Shown here in pieces: positions 17,658 to 28,229 of a stretch of DNA of 64,000 nucleotides. The stretch is from the NCBI GenBank assembly GCA_043826435.1, contig JBDRQF010000061.1:6919-70918 (forward strand), read 5' to 3'. The notes beneath the pieces are model-generated. The model searched no databases, was not told the DNA's origin, and worked only from the letters and a program-made list of their open reading frames with translations. Every line of letters begins with the position of its first letter. Within the stretch, counting starts at the first letter, position 1. Source of the DNA: Elusimicrobiota bacterium (GTDB taxonomy: Bacteria > Elusimicrobiota > Endomicrobiia > CG1-02-37-114 > JAHJSO01). Both the position numbers and the translations under genes were made by a program.

Positions 17658-18758
17658 ATGCAGAAAAAAGAAGTCCTTACAGTAAACACCCCATCACGGA
17701 ATTACAAAATACTTATCGGCGCGGGGATAATCGGGCGATTGGGAAAGACGCTCAAAACCCTGCGGCTGGATGAGTCCTGCTTTGTTGTCTCAAGCCCCAG
17801 GGTATTTTCTCTTTATGGGAAAAAGGTCACAGGCATACTCAGGGGCTCGGGCATAAAGGACGTCGGCGTAGGGCTTTTCCCCGACGGTGAGAAAAATAAG
17901 TCGTGGAAGAATTACGAGAAAATATTGTCCCTGTTGATTTCGTTTGACGGCGGGAAGAAGAAAAGGATTACGGTTATCGCCCTGGGAGGCGGGGTGGTGG
18001 GAGACCTTGCCGGATTTGTGGCTTCAACCTACCGAAGGGGGGTGCCGTTTGTTCCTGTGCCGACCACGTTCCTTGCGGCGGTTGATTCAAGCGTAGGCGG
18101 AAAAACAGGGATTGACTTCATCCAGAATAACAGGGTGATAAAAAATATCGTCGGGCAGATTTATCAGCCCTCGCTCGTCCTTACCGACCTCTCCTTTTTT
18201 AAGACACTCCCGAAAAGAGAATTCCTCAGCGGGATTGCAGAGGTGATAAAATACGGGATAATAAAAGACAGGCGCCTTTTTGAATACCTGAAGTCGCACA
18301 AGGACGAAGTATTGTCACTTAATGCACCAGCCCTTGGACGGATAGTCCGAAGGTCCTGCGAGATAAAAAGTGATATCGTTGAACGGGACGAGAGGGAGAC
18401 GAAAGGTATAAGGACAATACTGAACTACGGGCATACGGTCGGCCATGCGGTTGAGTCCGCTTCCTGTTTCAGATATACGCACGGCGAAGCAATATCAATC
18501 GGGATGGCGGCTGAAGGCAGGATTTCAAACAAATCAGGGTATCTCCCGGGTGCAGAACTTGAGAGGATAAAAGACATAATACAGGGGTTCGGCCTTCCCG
18601 TCCAGGCGGAGGGTTGTCCCCGCGGGGATTTACTGAAGGTTATGATGTATGATAAAAAGTTCCATGGTGGCAGGAACCTGTTTGTCCTGCCTGTGAGGAT
18701 AGGTAAGGTTATCGTCAAAAGGAATATTGACGAAAATATCATCAGGGCATGTATCTGA
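17658..18758 (+). CDS. aroB: 3-dehydroquinate synthase
   Basis: GGGVVGDLAGF and NYGHTVGHAVE match the DHQS family. Confidence 0.8.
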   Translation: MQKKEVLTVNTPSRNYKILIGAGIIGRLGKTLKTLRLDESCFVVSSPRVFSLYGKKVTGILRGSGIKDVGVGLFPDGEKNKSWKNYEKILSLLISFDGGKKKRITVIALGGGVVGDLAGFVASTYRRGVPFVPVPTTFLAAVDSSVGGKTGIDFIQNNRVIKNIVGQIYQPSLVLTDLSFFKTLPKREFLSGIAEVIKYGIIKDRRLFEYLKSHKDEVLSLNAPALGRIVRRSCEIKSDIVERDERETKGIRTILNYGHTVGHAVESASCFRYTHGEAISIGMAAEGRISNKSGYLPGAELERIKDIIQGFGLPVQAEGCPRGDLLKVMMYDKKFHGGRNLFVLPVRIGKVIVKRNIDENIIRACI

Positions 18759-18768
18759 CGTAAAAAAT

Positions 18769-20070
18769 ATGAAAATACCTGAATTTGGCGGTGGGATATA
18801 CCCTCCGCACTATAAGGAGTTGACGCACTCCCTTCCTATAAAGGAAGCCGGTCTCCCGCAAAGGGTCGTCCTTCCGCTGAGCCAGCATGCAGGAGCGCCT
18901 GCAATCGCGGTTGTCAGGAAAGGGGATTATGTCCGCACAGGGCAGGTAATAGGCGAGCCGCAGGGCAGAATATCGGCGTACCTGCATTCAAGCGTATCGG
19001 GAAGGGTCGTTGATATAGTCCCGCGCCCGCACCCTGTTATCAACCGACCGGTGCTTTCAGTGATTATTGAATCCGACGGGAAAGACGCCCGCGAAGAACA
19101 GGTGAAAACGCACTGGGATTATTTCAGGTATTCGCCCGGAGACATAAGGAAGGTCATTGAGACGGCAGGCGTGGTCGGTATGGGCGGGGCGGCATTCCCG
19201 ACCCATGTGAAACTGGCGCCCCCATCCGAGATTGACACCCTTATACTCAACGGCTGCGAGTGTGAGCCGTACATAACCTCCGACGACCGGCTCATGCAGG
19301 AATATTCAAAGGAAATCGTTGAGGGTATGAAGTTATTCATGTTTATCCTGAACGTCCACAAGGGACTTATCGTTATTGAAGACAACAAGGAAGAGGCGAT
19401 AGACATAATCAATAAAATTGTTTTCAACGAGCCGAATATTTCGGTGGTCAGGGTAAAGACGCATTATCCCCAGGGGTCTGAAAAACAACTTATAAAGGCG
19501 GTGCTTAACAGGACGGTGCCGTCGGGTAAATTGCCGTTTCATGTCGGGGTGGTCGTCCAGAACGTAGCAACGAGTTACGCTGTCCATCAGGCGGTAGTCC
19601 GGGCGAACCCGCTGATATCAAGGGTGGTAAGCGTTACGGCGTCTGAAAGTATCAGGAGACGGCTGCATAGACCGGGCAACTACCTTGTCCGCATAGGGAT
19701 GACGTTGTCTGATTTACTGGCTCAATGCGAATACGAATCTCAGCCGGACGACAGGGTGGTATGCGGCGGGCCGATGATGGGTGTATCGCAATACACCTTG
19801 TCCGTACCGGTAATCAAGGGGACGTCGGGCGTGGTGCTTTTGGAAGGGATACCGTATTACGAACATTACCCGTGCATAAAGTGCGGCAGGTGCGTATCCG
19901 TCTGTCCGATGGGTTTAATGCCGAATATGCTCAGCGTTTACGCTGAGGCGGAATTGTGGCAGAAAGCGAAGGAGTTTTACCCCCAGGACTGCACTGAGTG
20001 CGGCTGTTGCAGTTACGTATGCCCTGCGAAAAGGCCCATAGTCCAGCACATTAAACTCGCAAAAGAATAA
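18769..20070 (+). CDS. rnfC: Rnf electron transport complex subunit C
   Basis: NADH-binding and 2x[4Fe-4S] (CIKCGRCVSVCP ... CTECGCCSYVCP) RnfC architecture. The start is refined to ATG 18769. Confidence 0.8.
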   Translation: MKIPEFGGGIYPPHYKELTHSLPIKEAGLPQRVVLPLSQHAGAPAIAVVRKGDYVRTGQVIGEPQGRISAYLHSSVSGRVVDIVPRPHPVINRPVLSVIIESDGKDAREEQVKTHWDYFRYSPGDIRKVIETAGVVGMGGAAFPTHVKLAPPSEIDTLILNGCECEPYITSDDRLMQEYSKEIVEGMKLFMFILNVHKGLIVIEDNKEEAIDIINKIVFNEPNISVVRVKTHYPQGSEKQLIKAVLNRTVPSGKLPFHVGVVVQNVATSYAVHQAVVRANPLISRVVSVTASESIRRRLHRPGNYLVRIGMTLSDLLAQCEYESQPDDRVVCGGPMMGVSQYTLSVPVIKGTSGVVLLEGIPYYEHYPCIKCGRCVSVCPMGLMPNMLSVYAEAELWQKAKEFYPQDCTECGCCSYVCPAKRPIVQHIKLAKE

Positions 20071-20073
20071 AAA

Positions 20074-20976
20074 ATGATAATATCAGTTTCGCCGCATATA
20101 AAATCCAGGGAGACGATCGCGTCGGTAATGAGGGACGTGCTTATAGCCCTTGCGCCTGCCGGGGTTGCGGCGGTGTATCTTTTCGGTACGAACGTGCTGT
20201 GGATATTGTGCGCCTCTGTTTCGTTTTGCGTAATTTCGGAATATGTTTTTCAAAAGGTTACAAAAAAAAGAGTAGGGGTTTATGATTTAAGTGCGGTCGT
20301 AACGGGCGTACTGCTTGCATTTTCACTCCCGCCGGGCGTCCCGGTATGGATGGTCTGCGTCGGGGCGGTTTTCGCCATAGTCGTCGGAAAGGAGATATTC
20401 GGCGGCATAGGGTACAACCCTTTCAACCCGGCGCTTGTAGGCAGGGCGTTCCTGCACATATCATGGCCCACGGAGATGTCTTCATGGGTGCTCCCTTACA
20501 GCAACCTGACTTCCGCATCACCGCTGTCCGTGGTGAAATTTGGCCTGAACGGGGACATCCCGGCATATTTGGAACTCTTTTTCGGGAACGTAGCGGGTTG
20601 CATTGGGGAGACGTCAAAAATAGCGCTGTTGGCAGGGGTAGTGTATCTTGTCATGCGCAAGCAGATAAAACTGCTTGCCCCATTCAGTTATATTATCACC
20701 GTGGTTGTCGTATCGTTGGTGGCGGGCAGGGACGCCGTTTTTCACCTGTTGTCAGGCGGGTTAATTCTCGGCGTGTTTTTTATGGCGACCGACCCCGTTA
20801 CTACGCCCGTGCCGGCGAAGGGGAAAATTATATTCGGCGCGGGTTGCGGTATTCTGACGATGTTGATACGACTGTGGGGGGGCTTCCCCGAAGGGGTGTG
20901 TTATTCAATTCTTATAATGAACATACTTGTGCCTTTTATAGACAGGGCGACTATTCCGAGGAGGTTCGGGGCGTGA
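20074..20976 (+). CDS. rnfD: Rnf complex subunit D (NqrB-like, flavinylated)
   Basis: 300-aa polytopic membrane protein of the RnfD/NqrB family. It lies in the rnfCDGEAB order. Confidence 0.85.
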   Translation: MIISVSPHIKSRETIASVMRDVLIALAPAGVAAVYLFGTNVLWILCASVSFCVISEYVFQKVTKKRVGVYDLSAVVTGVLLAFSLPPGVPVWMVCVGAVFAIVVGKEIFGGIGYNPFNPALVGRAFLHISWPTEMSSWVLPYSNLTSASPLSVVKFGLNGDIPAYLELFFGNVAGCIGETSKIALLAGVVYLVMRKQIKLLAPFSYIITVVVVSLVAGRDAVFHLLSGGLILGVFFMATDPVTTPVPAKGKIIFGAGCGILTMLIRLWGGFPEGVCYSILIMNILVPFIDRATIPRRFGA

Positions 20977-21018
20977 ACCATAACCGGTCGGCTATTCCGA
21001 GGAGGTTCGGGGCGTGAA
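20951..21018 (+). repeat. 27-bp perfect direct repeat (CTATTCCGAGGAGGTTCGGGGCGTGAA) x2, spaced 41 bp apart, at the rnfD/rnfG junction
   Basis: Copy 1 supplies the rnfD C-terminus IPRRFGA and its TGA stop. Copy 2 supplies the GAGGAGG RBS and GTG start of rnfG. Confidence 0.7.
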
Positions 21019-21550
21019 AATTATAGATTACGCGGTAAAACTCACGTTCTTGTGTATTTTATCTTCCGCAATACTGTCATTTGTCTATAACAAAACAATG
21101 CCGGAGATTGAAAGGCAGGAAAGGGAGAAAATAATGGCGGCGCAGAAGGAACTCCTGCCGCAGGCGGAGACGTTTGAGTCCGCGGACGATTCCGGCAATT
21201 TCATGCTCGGTTTTATTGAGAAGGCGGGTAGGCGCGAGGCAGTAGGTAAGATAGTCAGTTTTGAAACAAGGGGATATGCGGGCCCCATAAAGTTAATGGC
21301 GGGTATAAACGCAGAAGAAAAAATCACCGGGGTGAAGGTCCTCCAGCAGAGCGAGACACCGGGCCTCGGCAACCGTATATCAAAGGACCATTTCCTTGGC
21401 CAGTTTTCCGGCAGGGGATATGACGAACTGGCGTTCGGCGCCCATGGGAGCGGAATTCAGGCGATTACCGGCGCCACGGTCTCGTCAAGGGCAGTCCTGT
21501 ATGCGGTTAAGCAGGCGATGGGCAGGGTTCAATCACACCCGGGGAAGTAG
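21014..21550 (+). CDS. rnfG: Rnf complex subunit G (FMN-binding)
   Basis: 178 aa. N-terminal TM helix plus FMN_bind domain (ITGATVSSRAV, where the Thr is the flavinylation site). Confidence 0.8.
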   Translation: MKIIDYAVKLTFLCILSSAILSFVYNKTMPEIERQEREKIMAAQKELLPQAETFESADDSGNFMLGFIEKAGRREAVGKIVSFETRGYAGPIKLMAGINAEEKITGVKVLQQSETPGLGNRISKDHFLGQFSGRGYDELAFGAHGSGIQAITGATVSSRAVLYAVKQAMGRVQSHPGK

Positions 21551-21606
21551 TAAAGTGCTTTGCAACCTATGAACGGCGGACGAGCGAAGCAAGAACGCCC
21601 TGTGAA

Positions 21607-22233
21607 GTGAGGGAGACGGACAGTATGTCCAGCGATAAATTCAATCATAAACCGGCAAAATTAAACGATTTTTTATACGGGATACTCAGGGGTAACCCCG
21701 TGCTCGTACTTATGATAGGGCTCTGCCCCGTCCTTGCCGTATCCACGACATTATTCAATGGCGTCGGTATGTCGGTTGCCGTGGCGTTCGTTTTGGTCGG
21801 TTCAAACCTGATAATTTCGCTCGTAAGGAAATACACGCCACAGCAGATAAGGATACCCATTTTTATTATTATCATATCCACATTCGTTACGGTAGCGGAC
21901 TATGTAATAAAGGCATATTCGCCGCAACTTTACCGGCAATTAGGAGTGTTCATACCTTTGATTGTGGTGAACTGCGTTATAATAGGCAGGGCTGAGGCGT
22001 TCGCTTACAGGAATAAAGCGTGGTCGTCCGTCCTGGACGGCATAGGGACGAGCATCGGGTTTTTAATCGTCCTGTTCTTTATCAGCGCCCTGCGTGAATT
22101 TTTCGGGATGGGGAGTTTATTAGGCAACCAGTTAATTTCAAAGCCGGCGTTGATAATGGCTATGCCGCCCGGCGGGTTTATAACGATAGGGGCTCTGATG
22201 GCATTGCTGACTTTCCTGAGGAAAAAAAGATGA
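21607..22233 (+). CDS. rnfE: Rnf complex subunit E
   Basis: RnfE/NqrD family membrane protein. Confidence 0.8.
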   Translation: MRETDSMSSDKFNHKPAKLNDFLYGILRGNPVLVLMIGLCPVLAVSTTLFNGVGMSVAVAFVLVGSNLIISLVRKYTPQQIRIPIFIIIISTFVTVADYVIKAYSPQLYRQLGVFIPLIVVNCVIIGRAEAFAYRNKAWSSVLDGIGTSIGFLIVLFFISALREFFGMGSLLGNQLISKPALIMAMPPGGFITIGALMALLTFLRKKR

Positions 22234-22823
22234 TAGACAATTCAATGACGCCCGGTATGATTTTTCTCAGCGCCAGTTTGATAAACAACATCATACTGAT
22301 GCAATTTCTCGGGCTGTGTTCATTTTTCGGCGTCTCAACGAATATAAAAAACTCGGCGAGCATGGGGCTTGCCGTTACTTTCGTTGCGGTTATGGCTGGG
22401 GTAGTTTCCTGGGCGGTGTATCACCTTGTCCTTGTGCCGTTTCAGATTACCTTTTTAAGGACGGCGGTGTTCGTACTCACGATTGCATCACTCGTCCAGT
22501 TAGAAGAGATGTTCATAAAAAAATACGTCCCGTCGCTCTACTCTGCAATGGGGATATATCTCCCGCTTATAACGACGAATTGCGCCATACTCGCAGTTGC
22601 ATTTTTGAACATTGACTATTCACTCTCGTTATTAAATACCGTCGTGCACAGTTTTGCCGTCGCTTTCGGGTATGTCATTGCGATTGTACTTTTCGCGGGG
22701 CTCAGGGAGCACCTTGTTCTTGCCCCCGTGCCGAAATCGTTAAGGGGTTACCCGCTGGCGTTTTTTCTTGCAAGTTTAATGTCTCTTGCATTCATGGGAT
22801 TTAAGGGGCTGTTTGGTCTATAA
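22230..22823 (+). CDS. rnfA: Rnf complex subunit A
   Basis: RnfA/NqrE family, 197 aa. Confidence 0.85.
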   Translation: MIDNSMTPGMIFLSASLINNIILMQFLGLCSFFGVSTNIKNSASMGLAVTFVAVMAGVVSWAVYHLVLVPFQITFLRTAVFVLTIASLVQLEEMFIKKYVPSLYSAMGIYLPLITTNCAILAVAFLNIDYSLSLLNTVVHSFAVAFGYVIAIVLFAGLREHLVLAPVPKSLRGYPLAFFLASLMSLAFMGFKGLFGL

Positions 22824-23614
22824 TGGGATATTATGCTATAATAGTTTTTGGCGGGCTGGGGCTGTTGTTCGCTGTCGGGCTTGCGATAGCAGGCAGGTTA
22901 TTACGGACGGATGAAGACGGCAGGAAGTCCGATGTCCTTCGTTCGTTGCCCGGGGTGAACTGCGGCGCCTGCGGTTTCGCCGGGTGCGAGGGTTTTGCAG
23001 GAGGGCTTATTTCCGGCAAAGCCGGTATTGAGAAATGCGCTTCCCTTACGGAAGAATCGTTGAAGGATATTGAAAGGATGCTCGGCCTTACCCCGGGTGA
23101 AATCGTCAGGAAAAAGGCGGTTGTTTATTGCAGTGGAGGAAAAAACTGCTCGGGCAGGTACGGGTATATCGGCGTTGAGACATGCCGCGCATCGGGGCAG
23201 ATTTTCGGTGGCCACAAGAAGTGCGATTACGCCTGCCTCAGTTTCGGCGATTGCTCAAGGGTGTGTCCGTTCGGCGCGATTACGTATAAGAAAGGCGAGG
23301 TGCCCGTGGTCAACAGGGAGTTGTGTACCGGCTGCGGGATTTGCGTGGACGTCTGCCCGAAAAAAATAATTTCACTGGTTGAAGAAAAATACCCGGTACA
23401 TATCAGGTGCAGTTCAAAGGACAACGGGAATTATGTCAGGCAGGTGTGCAAGACCGGTTGTATAGCGTGCGGGGTTTGTGTAAAGGTGTGCCCCAAAAAG
23501 GCGATAACGCTTAAAGACAACCTGGCAGTGATAGATTACGGGAAGTGCAATGCATGCGGGCTTTGCGTTGAAAGATGTCCTGCGAATACCATAGAAAGAG
23601 CGCTGCCGAAGTAA
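22823..23614 (+). CDS. rnfB: Rnf complex subunit B (polyferredoxin)
   Basis: N-terminal TM helix and multiple CxxCxxCxxxCP ferredoxin motifs. Confidence 0.8.
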   Translation: MGYYAIIVFGGLGLLFAVGLAIAGRLLRTDEDGRKSDVLRSLPGVNCGACGFAGCEGFAGGLISGKAGIEKCASLTEESLKDIERMLGLTPGEIVRKKAVVYCSGGKNCSGRYGYIGVETCRASGQIFGGHKKCDYACLSFGDCSRVCPFGAITYKKGEVPVVNRELCTGCGICVDVCPKKIISLVEEKYPVHIRCSSKDNGNYVRQVCKTGCIACGVCVKVCPKKAITLKDNLAVIDYGKCNACGLCVERCPANTIERALPK

Positions 23615-23751
23615 TGAGTCAGCGAAGTAATGGGGTCAGGTCTTGACATTTGACATTTGGTAGAGGCGTCGGTAATGGGGTTAGCAATCAGCAAAAGCAT
23701 GTCGGCAGTAACTAACGAATTGCTAAAAGGCAAAAGGAGGAGAACGTAGAG

Positions 23752-24537
23752 ATGTCAACAATCACAATGAAGGCGTTGCTTGAAGCAGGAGCGCATTTCG
23801 GTCACCAGACCAGACGGTGGAATCCCAAGATGAGCAAATATATTTTTGGGAAAAGGAACAACATACACATTGTTGATCTGCAGAAGACAGTAAAGGAACT
23901 CAAGAAGGCGTACAGGTTTATCAGGGACGCGGTCCAGTCCGGGGCGAACGTACTTTTTGTGGGCACAAAGAAACAGGCGGCAGAGGTTATTGAGGCCGAA
24001 GCCACCCGTTGCGGGGCATTTTTTGTTTCAGAGAGATGGCTCGGCGGTACGCTTACGAATTTCCAGACAATAAGAAAGTCGGTCGGCCGGCTGTCCGAAC
24101 TGGAGAAGATGAAACAGGAGGGGATTTTTAAAATCATATCAAAAAAGGAAAGAAGCAAGAGGCAGAAGGAAATGGATAAACTCCACCAGTCCCTGAGGGG
24201 CATAAGGAACATGGACACGATCCCCGACGTGGTTTTTATTGTTGACCCCGTAGAGGAGGAAGTGGCGTTGCGGGAGGCGAAAAAAATGTCCGTCCCCGTC
24301 ATCGCTGTTTGCGATACGAACGCCAACCCGGATTTAATTGATTATGTAATCCCCGGAAATGATGACGCAGTCCGTTCCATTAAGGTATTTTGTTCAATAA
24401 TCGCCGAAGCCGTTGTTGAGGGGAAAACCAGCATGGAGAAAACCGAGCCGTTTGGGGAACAGGCGGAGGATGTCCCGGCATCGGCATCCGTAAGCGGGGA
24501 AGAATTAAACAGGAAGATAGGTGCGGGCGGCGAGTGA
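23752..24537 (+). CDS. rpsB: 30S ribosomal protein S2
   Basis: [22 protein letters not shown]. Confidence 0.9.
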   Translation: MSTITMKALLEAGAHFGHQTRRWNPKMSKYIFGKRNNIHIVDLQKTVKELKKAYRFIRDAVQSGANVLFVGTKKQAAEVIEAEATRCGAFFVSERWLGGTLTNFQTIRKSVGRLSELEKMKQEGIFKIISKKERSKRQKEMDKLHQSLRGIRNMDTIPDVVFIVDPVEEEVALREAKKMSVPVIAVCDTNANPDLIDYVIPGNDDAVRSIKVFCSIIAEAVVEGKTSMEKTEPFGEQAEDVPASASVSGEELNRKIGAGGE

Positions 24538-24571
24538 AAAACGGGGAATAAAAGGGAAAGGGGCAATAAAA

Positions 24572-25189
24572 ATGTCAGAGCAAAAAACAAAGGTTGATAT
24601 GACACTTATTCAGAAACTCAGGGAGTGCTCGGGCGCGGGGGTGCTTGAGTGCCAGAAGGCGCTCGTTGAGACCACGGGAGACATAGACAAGGCGTTGCAG
24701 ATACTAAGGGAAAAGGGTATGACACAGTCGCTGAAAAAGGGCGGAAGGGAAGCGAAGAATGGAGTCATATCGTCATACATCCATTCCGGCAACAGGATAG
24801 GCGTTCTGGTTGAAGTCAACTGCGAAACGGATTTTGTAGCGCGGACGGACGAGTTCAAAAATTTCGTAAAAGAGATAGGTCTCCAGATAGCGGCTGCGGC
24901 TCCGTTGTGGGTCCGCAAGGAAGACGTCTCAAAGGAGATTATTGAAAGGGAAAGAGACATATACAAGAAACAGTCCCTGCAGGAGGGAAAGCCGGAAAAA
25001 ATGGTGGACAAGATAGTTGAAGGCAGGTTACAGAAATTCTACACGCAGGTATGCCTTCTTGAACAGCCGTATATAAGGGACCCCCAGGGAAAAGAAAAGG
25101 TGCAGGATATTATGAACTCGGTTATAGCGAAGACGGGAGAAAACCTCGTAATCCGCAGGTTCGTAAGGTACCAGTTAGGCGAGGAGTGA
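24572..25189 (+). CDS. tsf: elongation factor Ts
   Basis: The start is refined to ATG 24572 (MSEQKTKVDMTLIQKLRECSGAG, UBA-like N-terminus). It follows rpsB. Confidence 0.85.
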   Translation: MSEQKTKVDMTLIQKLRECSGAGVLECQKALVETTGDIDKALQILREKGMTQSLKKGGREAKNGVISSYIHSGNRIGVLVEVNCETDFVARTDEFKNFVKEIGLQIAAAAPLWVRKEDVSKEIIERERDIYKKQSLQEGKPEKMVDKIVEGRLQKFYTQVCLLEQPYIRDPQGKEKVQDIMNSVIAKTGENLVIRRFVRYQLGEE

Positions 25190-25289
25190 AAGGCAAAATA
25201 AACAACCAACTTGTGTGTTTTATTAGTTGTTGTCGGTAACTTAAAAAGTGTGCGAATGAACTAACTCTGATAACGCACGCTGAGGAGTA

Positions 25290-26021
25290 ATGATAAAATA
25301 CAGGCGGGTACTGATTAAAATATCAGGCGAGGCGCTGGCAGGTAAAAAGGGATGGGGTATAGACCCTGCCGTTCTGAAGTCCGTTGCGGACGAGATTGTA
25401 TCGGCTAAAAAAACAGGTGCGTGTGTATCCGTTGTCGTCGGCGGGGGGAATTTCTGGCGGGGCAGGGAGGAAAGGATTGCAGGGCTGGACAGGGGGACAT
25501 CCGACTATATAGGGATGTTAGCCACGGTCATAAACGCCTGCGTCCTGCGGGATGAAATCAGCAGGATTTACCCCCGGGTGGTCGTGCAGTCGGCGATTGA
25601 GGTTAAGGAACTCTGTGACCCTATCAGGAAACGGGAGGCAATGGACGCCCTCAGCAGGAACGCGATAGTTATTTTTGCAGGCGGCACGGGCAGCCCGTAT
25701 TTTACCACGGACACTGCGGCCGCATTACGCGCAGCGGAGGTGTCGGCCGGCTGTCTTATAAAGGCGACCAAGGTTGACGGCGTTTATACCGACGACCCGG
25801 TTAAAAACAGGAAGGCGAGAAAGTTTGACCGGCTCGCCTCAATGGAAGCGATAAAAAGAAATTTAAAGATAATGGACATATCCGCTTTTTCACTGTGCAT
25901 GGAGAACGGCATTGACATAATCGTGTGCAGTTTAAAAAAGGGGAATCTGGTAAAAGCCATAAGGGGCAAAAAAACAGGCACGCTGATAGTCAACCGGGTG
26001 TCAGCGTCTGCCGGTCATTAA
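25290..26021 (+). CDS. pyrH: UMP kinase
   Basis: RVLIKISGEAL, GGGNFWRG and the amino-acid kinase family fold. Confidence 0.9.
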   Translation: MIKYRRVLIKISGEALAGKKGWGIDPAVLKSVADEIVSAKKTGACVSVVVGGGNFWRGREERIAGLDRGTSDYIGMLATVINACVLRDEISRIYPRVVVQSAIEVKELCDPIRKREAMDALSRNAIVIFAGGTGSPYFTTDTAAALRAAEVSAGCLIKATKVDGVYTDDPVKNRKARKFDRLASMEAIKRNLKIMDISAFSLCMENGIDIIVCSLKKGNLVKAIRGKKTGTLIVNRVSASAGH

Positions 26022-26032
26022 GGAGGGAGACC

Positions 26033-26596
26033 ATGTCAGCAGGACAACAGGTATTATCAACCGCAGAAGACCTTATGAAAAAATCCATTGAGAAGTTAAA
26101 ACACAGTCTCGTGTCGTTGAGGACAGGCAGAGCGAGCCCGTCCCTCCTGGAAGGCATTAAGGTTGAATGTTATAATTCCGTTATGCCCATAAACCAGGTG
26201 GCCGGTGTTGCCATCCCCGATTCCAAAACGATTGAAATAAAACCGTGGGACCCCACAATAATATCTTCCATTGAGAAGGCAATAAACAAGTCGTCCATCG
26301 GATTAACGCCAATGAGCGACGGTAAGGTCATATGGCTGAAAATCCCGCCGCTTACAGGTGAACGCAGGCAGGAACTCGTGAAGGTGGCGAAGAGGATTGC
26401 AGAGGAGTTCCGTGTGTCCATAAGGAATGACCGTCGGCTATGCCATGAAGAAATAAAAAAACTTGAGCGGGATAAAAAGATACCCGAAGACGAAAGATTT
26501 AAATTTGAAGCCCAACTGCAGAAGGTTACGGACGGCTATATTGAACAGGTTGATAGTATCCTGGCGAATAAGGAAAAGGGAATCCTTGAGGACTAG
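26033..26596 (+). CDS. frr: ribosome recycling factor
   Basis: The start is refined to ATG 26033. RRF family, 187 aa. Confidence 0.9.
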   Translation: MSAGQQVLSTAEDLMKKSIEKLKHSLVSLRTGRASPSLLEGIKVECYNSVMPINQVAGVAIPDSKTIEIKPWDPTIISSIEKAINKSSIGLTPMSDGKVIWLKIPPLTGERRQELVKVAKRIAEEFRVSIRNDRRLCHEEIKKLERDKKIPEDERFKFEAQLQKVTDGYIEQVDSILANKEKGILED

Positions 26597-26653
26597 AACC
26601 GGGTGCAATATTTAACACAGGGATGTGCGAATGGACGCCATGAGGTTGCACTG

Positions 26654-27376
26654 ATGACAGACATACACATTGATAAGTCAAAGTTGCCGGTGCACGTTGC
26701 CATTATTATGGACGGTAACGGCAGGTGGGCGAAGAAGAAAGGGTTGCCGAGGATTTACGGCCACAGGGCAGGCATTAAGTCGGTCAGGACAGCCATTGAA
26801 ACCGCAAGGGAACTGGAAATTAAGGTCCTGTCATTGTTTGCCTTTTCAACTGAAAACTGGACAAGGCCTGCCGGCGAGATAGGCGCCCTGATGGGGCTTC
26901 TCTCACGGTATTTGAAAAAAGAGAAGGAAGAGATGAAAAACAAGGGCATAAGATTTGTGGTAAGCGGGGATATATCCGCCCTGCCGGCGAAGGTCCGTCA
27001 GGAGGTTCGGCAGGTATGTGAATATACGGAAGATTGCCGCGGCCTTGTGCTGAACTTGTGCCTGAATTACGGCGGCAGGCAGGAGATTCTGCATGCGGTG
27101 AACATGATAGCGAGTTTAGAGAGAACAAAAAAGACACAGGGCATTATTGACGAGTCGGCATTCCGCCGGTTCCTCTGGACGGGTAATTTGCCTGACCCTG
27201 ATTTGCTTATCCGCACATCGGGCGAGCGGAGGGTTTCAAATTTTCTGCTCTGGCAGATTGCATACGCAGAACTTTATTTTACGCCCGTGTTGTGGCCTGA
27301 TTTTAACAGGAATGAATTTTACAGGGCGATAAAGGACTACCAGACAAGAGAAAGGAGATTTGGGTCAATACAATGA
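26654..27376 (+). CDS. uppS: ditrans,polycis-undecaprenyl-diphosphate synthase
   Basis: HVAIIMDGNGRWA is the UppS signature. The start may be 26603 or, more likely, 26654 (RBS GAGGT). Confidence 0.85.
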   Translation: MTDIHIDKSKLPVHVAIIMDGNGRWAKKKGLPRIYGHRAGIKSVRTAIETARELEIKVLSLFAFSTENWTRPAGEIGALMGLLSRYLKKEKEEMKNKGIRFVVSGDISALPAKVRQEVRQVCEYTEDCRGLVLNLCLNYGGRQEILHAVNMIASLERTKKTQGIIDESAFRRFLWTGNLPDPDLLIRTSGERRVSNFLLWQIAYAELYFTPVLWPDFNRNEFYRAIKDYQTRERRFGSIQ

Positions 27377-28212
27377 TTTTGCCAAGGTTATTGACGGCCA
27401 TAATAGGCATACCGGTAATACTCCTGTCAATTTATTTCGGTAATATTCCGTATTTTATTCTTGTCCTGCTGGTCGTTTGCTTTTCTCTCCATGAGTATTT
27501 CTTCTTACTCGTGAAAGGGGGATACGGGCCGAGGGTTGTCCCTGGTTATGTCGCCGCAGTGGCGTTGCTGTTTTCCGTTTATTTCAGCGGGACAGGCGTC
27601 CTTGCTCCTGCTGGGAACGTGGTTACTGCTGTCGTCCTGACGCTGTTCCTGTTTGCGCTTTTTATTTACGAGATACTCGCAAGTACGTTTAAACGAAAAT
27701 TGGAAGAAGGGGCTGTGGGCAGGATATCAACCACGTTCGCGGGTGTTTTCCTGATTTCGTGGTGTTTCGGGCATTTGCTCCTTATGAGGGACATAAAGCC
27801 CTACGGCGCTGAATACACATTTTTTCTTTTCCTTTTGCTATGGGTGGCGGATACTGCCGCCTATGTAACCGGGATAAGGTTCGGCAGGAGGCGACTGTCG
27901 GAGAAGATAAGCCCGAAGAAGTCGGTTGAAGGAGCGATCGGAGGCGTCCTTGTGGGTGTCCTTTCAGGGATACTCCTCAAGCACCTGCTTAAATTAGGAG
28001 AAATCAAAACGGTTGAATCCGCTGTCCTGAGTTTTGTGATAATCGTCGTTGCATATTTTTCCGACCTTTCGGAGTCCCTGATAAAAAGAGATGCAGGCGT
28101 GAAGGACTCGGATGTGCTCCTGCCGGGACATGGCGGCATTCTTGACAGATTTGACTCATTCCTTTTCACCGCTCCGATTTTATATTATTATTTGCTCATT
28201 TTCCACAGATAA
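27373..28212 (+). CDS. cdsA: phosphatidate cytidylyltransferase
   Basis: CTP_transf_1 family membrane protein. It follows uppS, as in many bacteria. Confidence 0.8.
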   Translation: MILPRLLTAIIGIPVILLSIYFGNIPYFILVLLVVCFSLHEYFFLLVKGGYGPRVVPGYVAAVALLFSVYFSGTGVLAPAGNVVTAVVLTLFLFALFIYEILASTFKRKLEEGAVGRISTTFAGVFLISWCFGHLLLMRDIKPYGAEYTFFLFLLLWVADTAAYVTGIRFGRRRLSEKISPKKSVEGAIGGVLVGVLSGILLKHLLKLGEIKTVESAVLSFVIIVVAYFSDLSESLIKRDAGVKDSDVLLPGHGGILDRFDSFLFTAPILYYYLLIFHR

Positions 28213-28229
28213 TGTCTGGGTGTCACAGT

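Noticed and set aside
20346-21017. 223-aa plus-strand ORF overlapping rnfD in another frame and ending in IPRRFGA
   Set aside because: Arg- and Gly-rich out-of-frame translation of rnfD. Its shared C-terminus is explained by the 27-bp direct repeat, not by a real gene.
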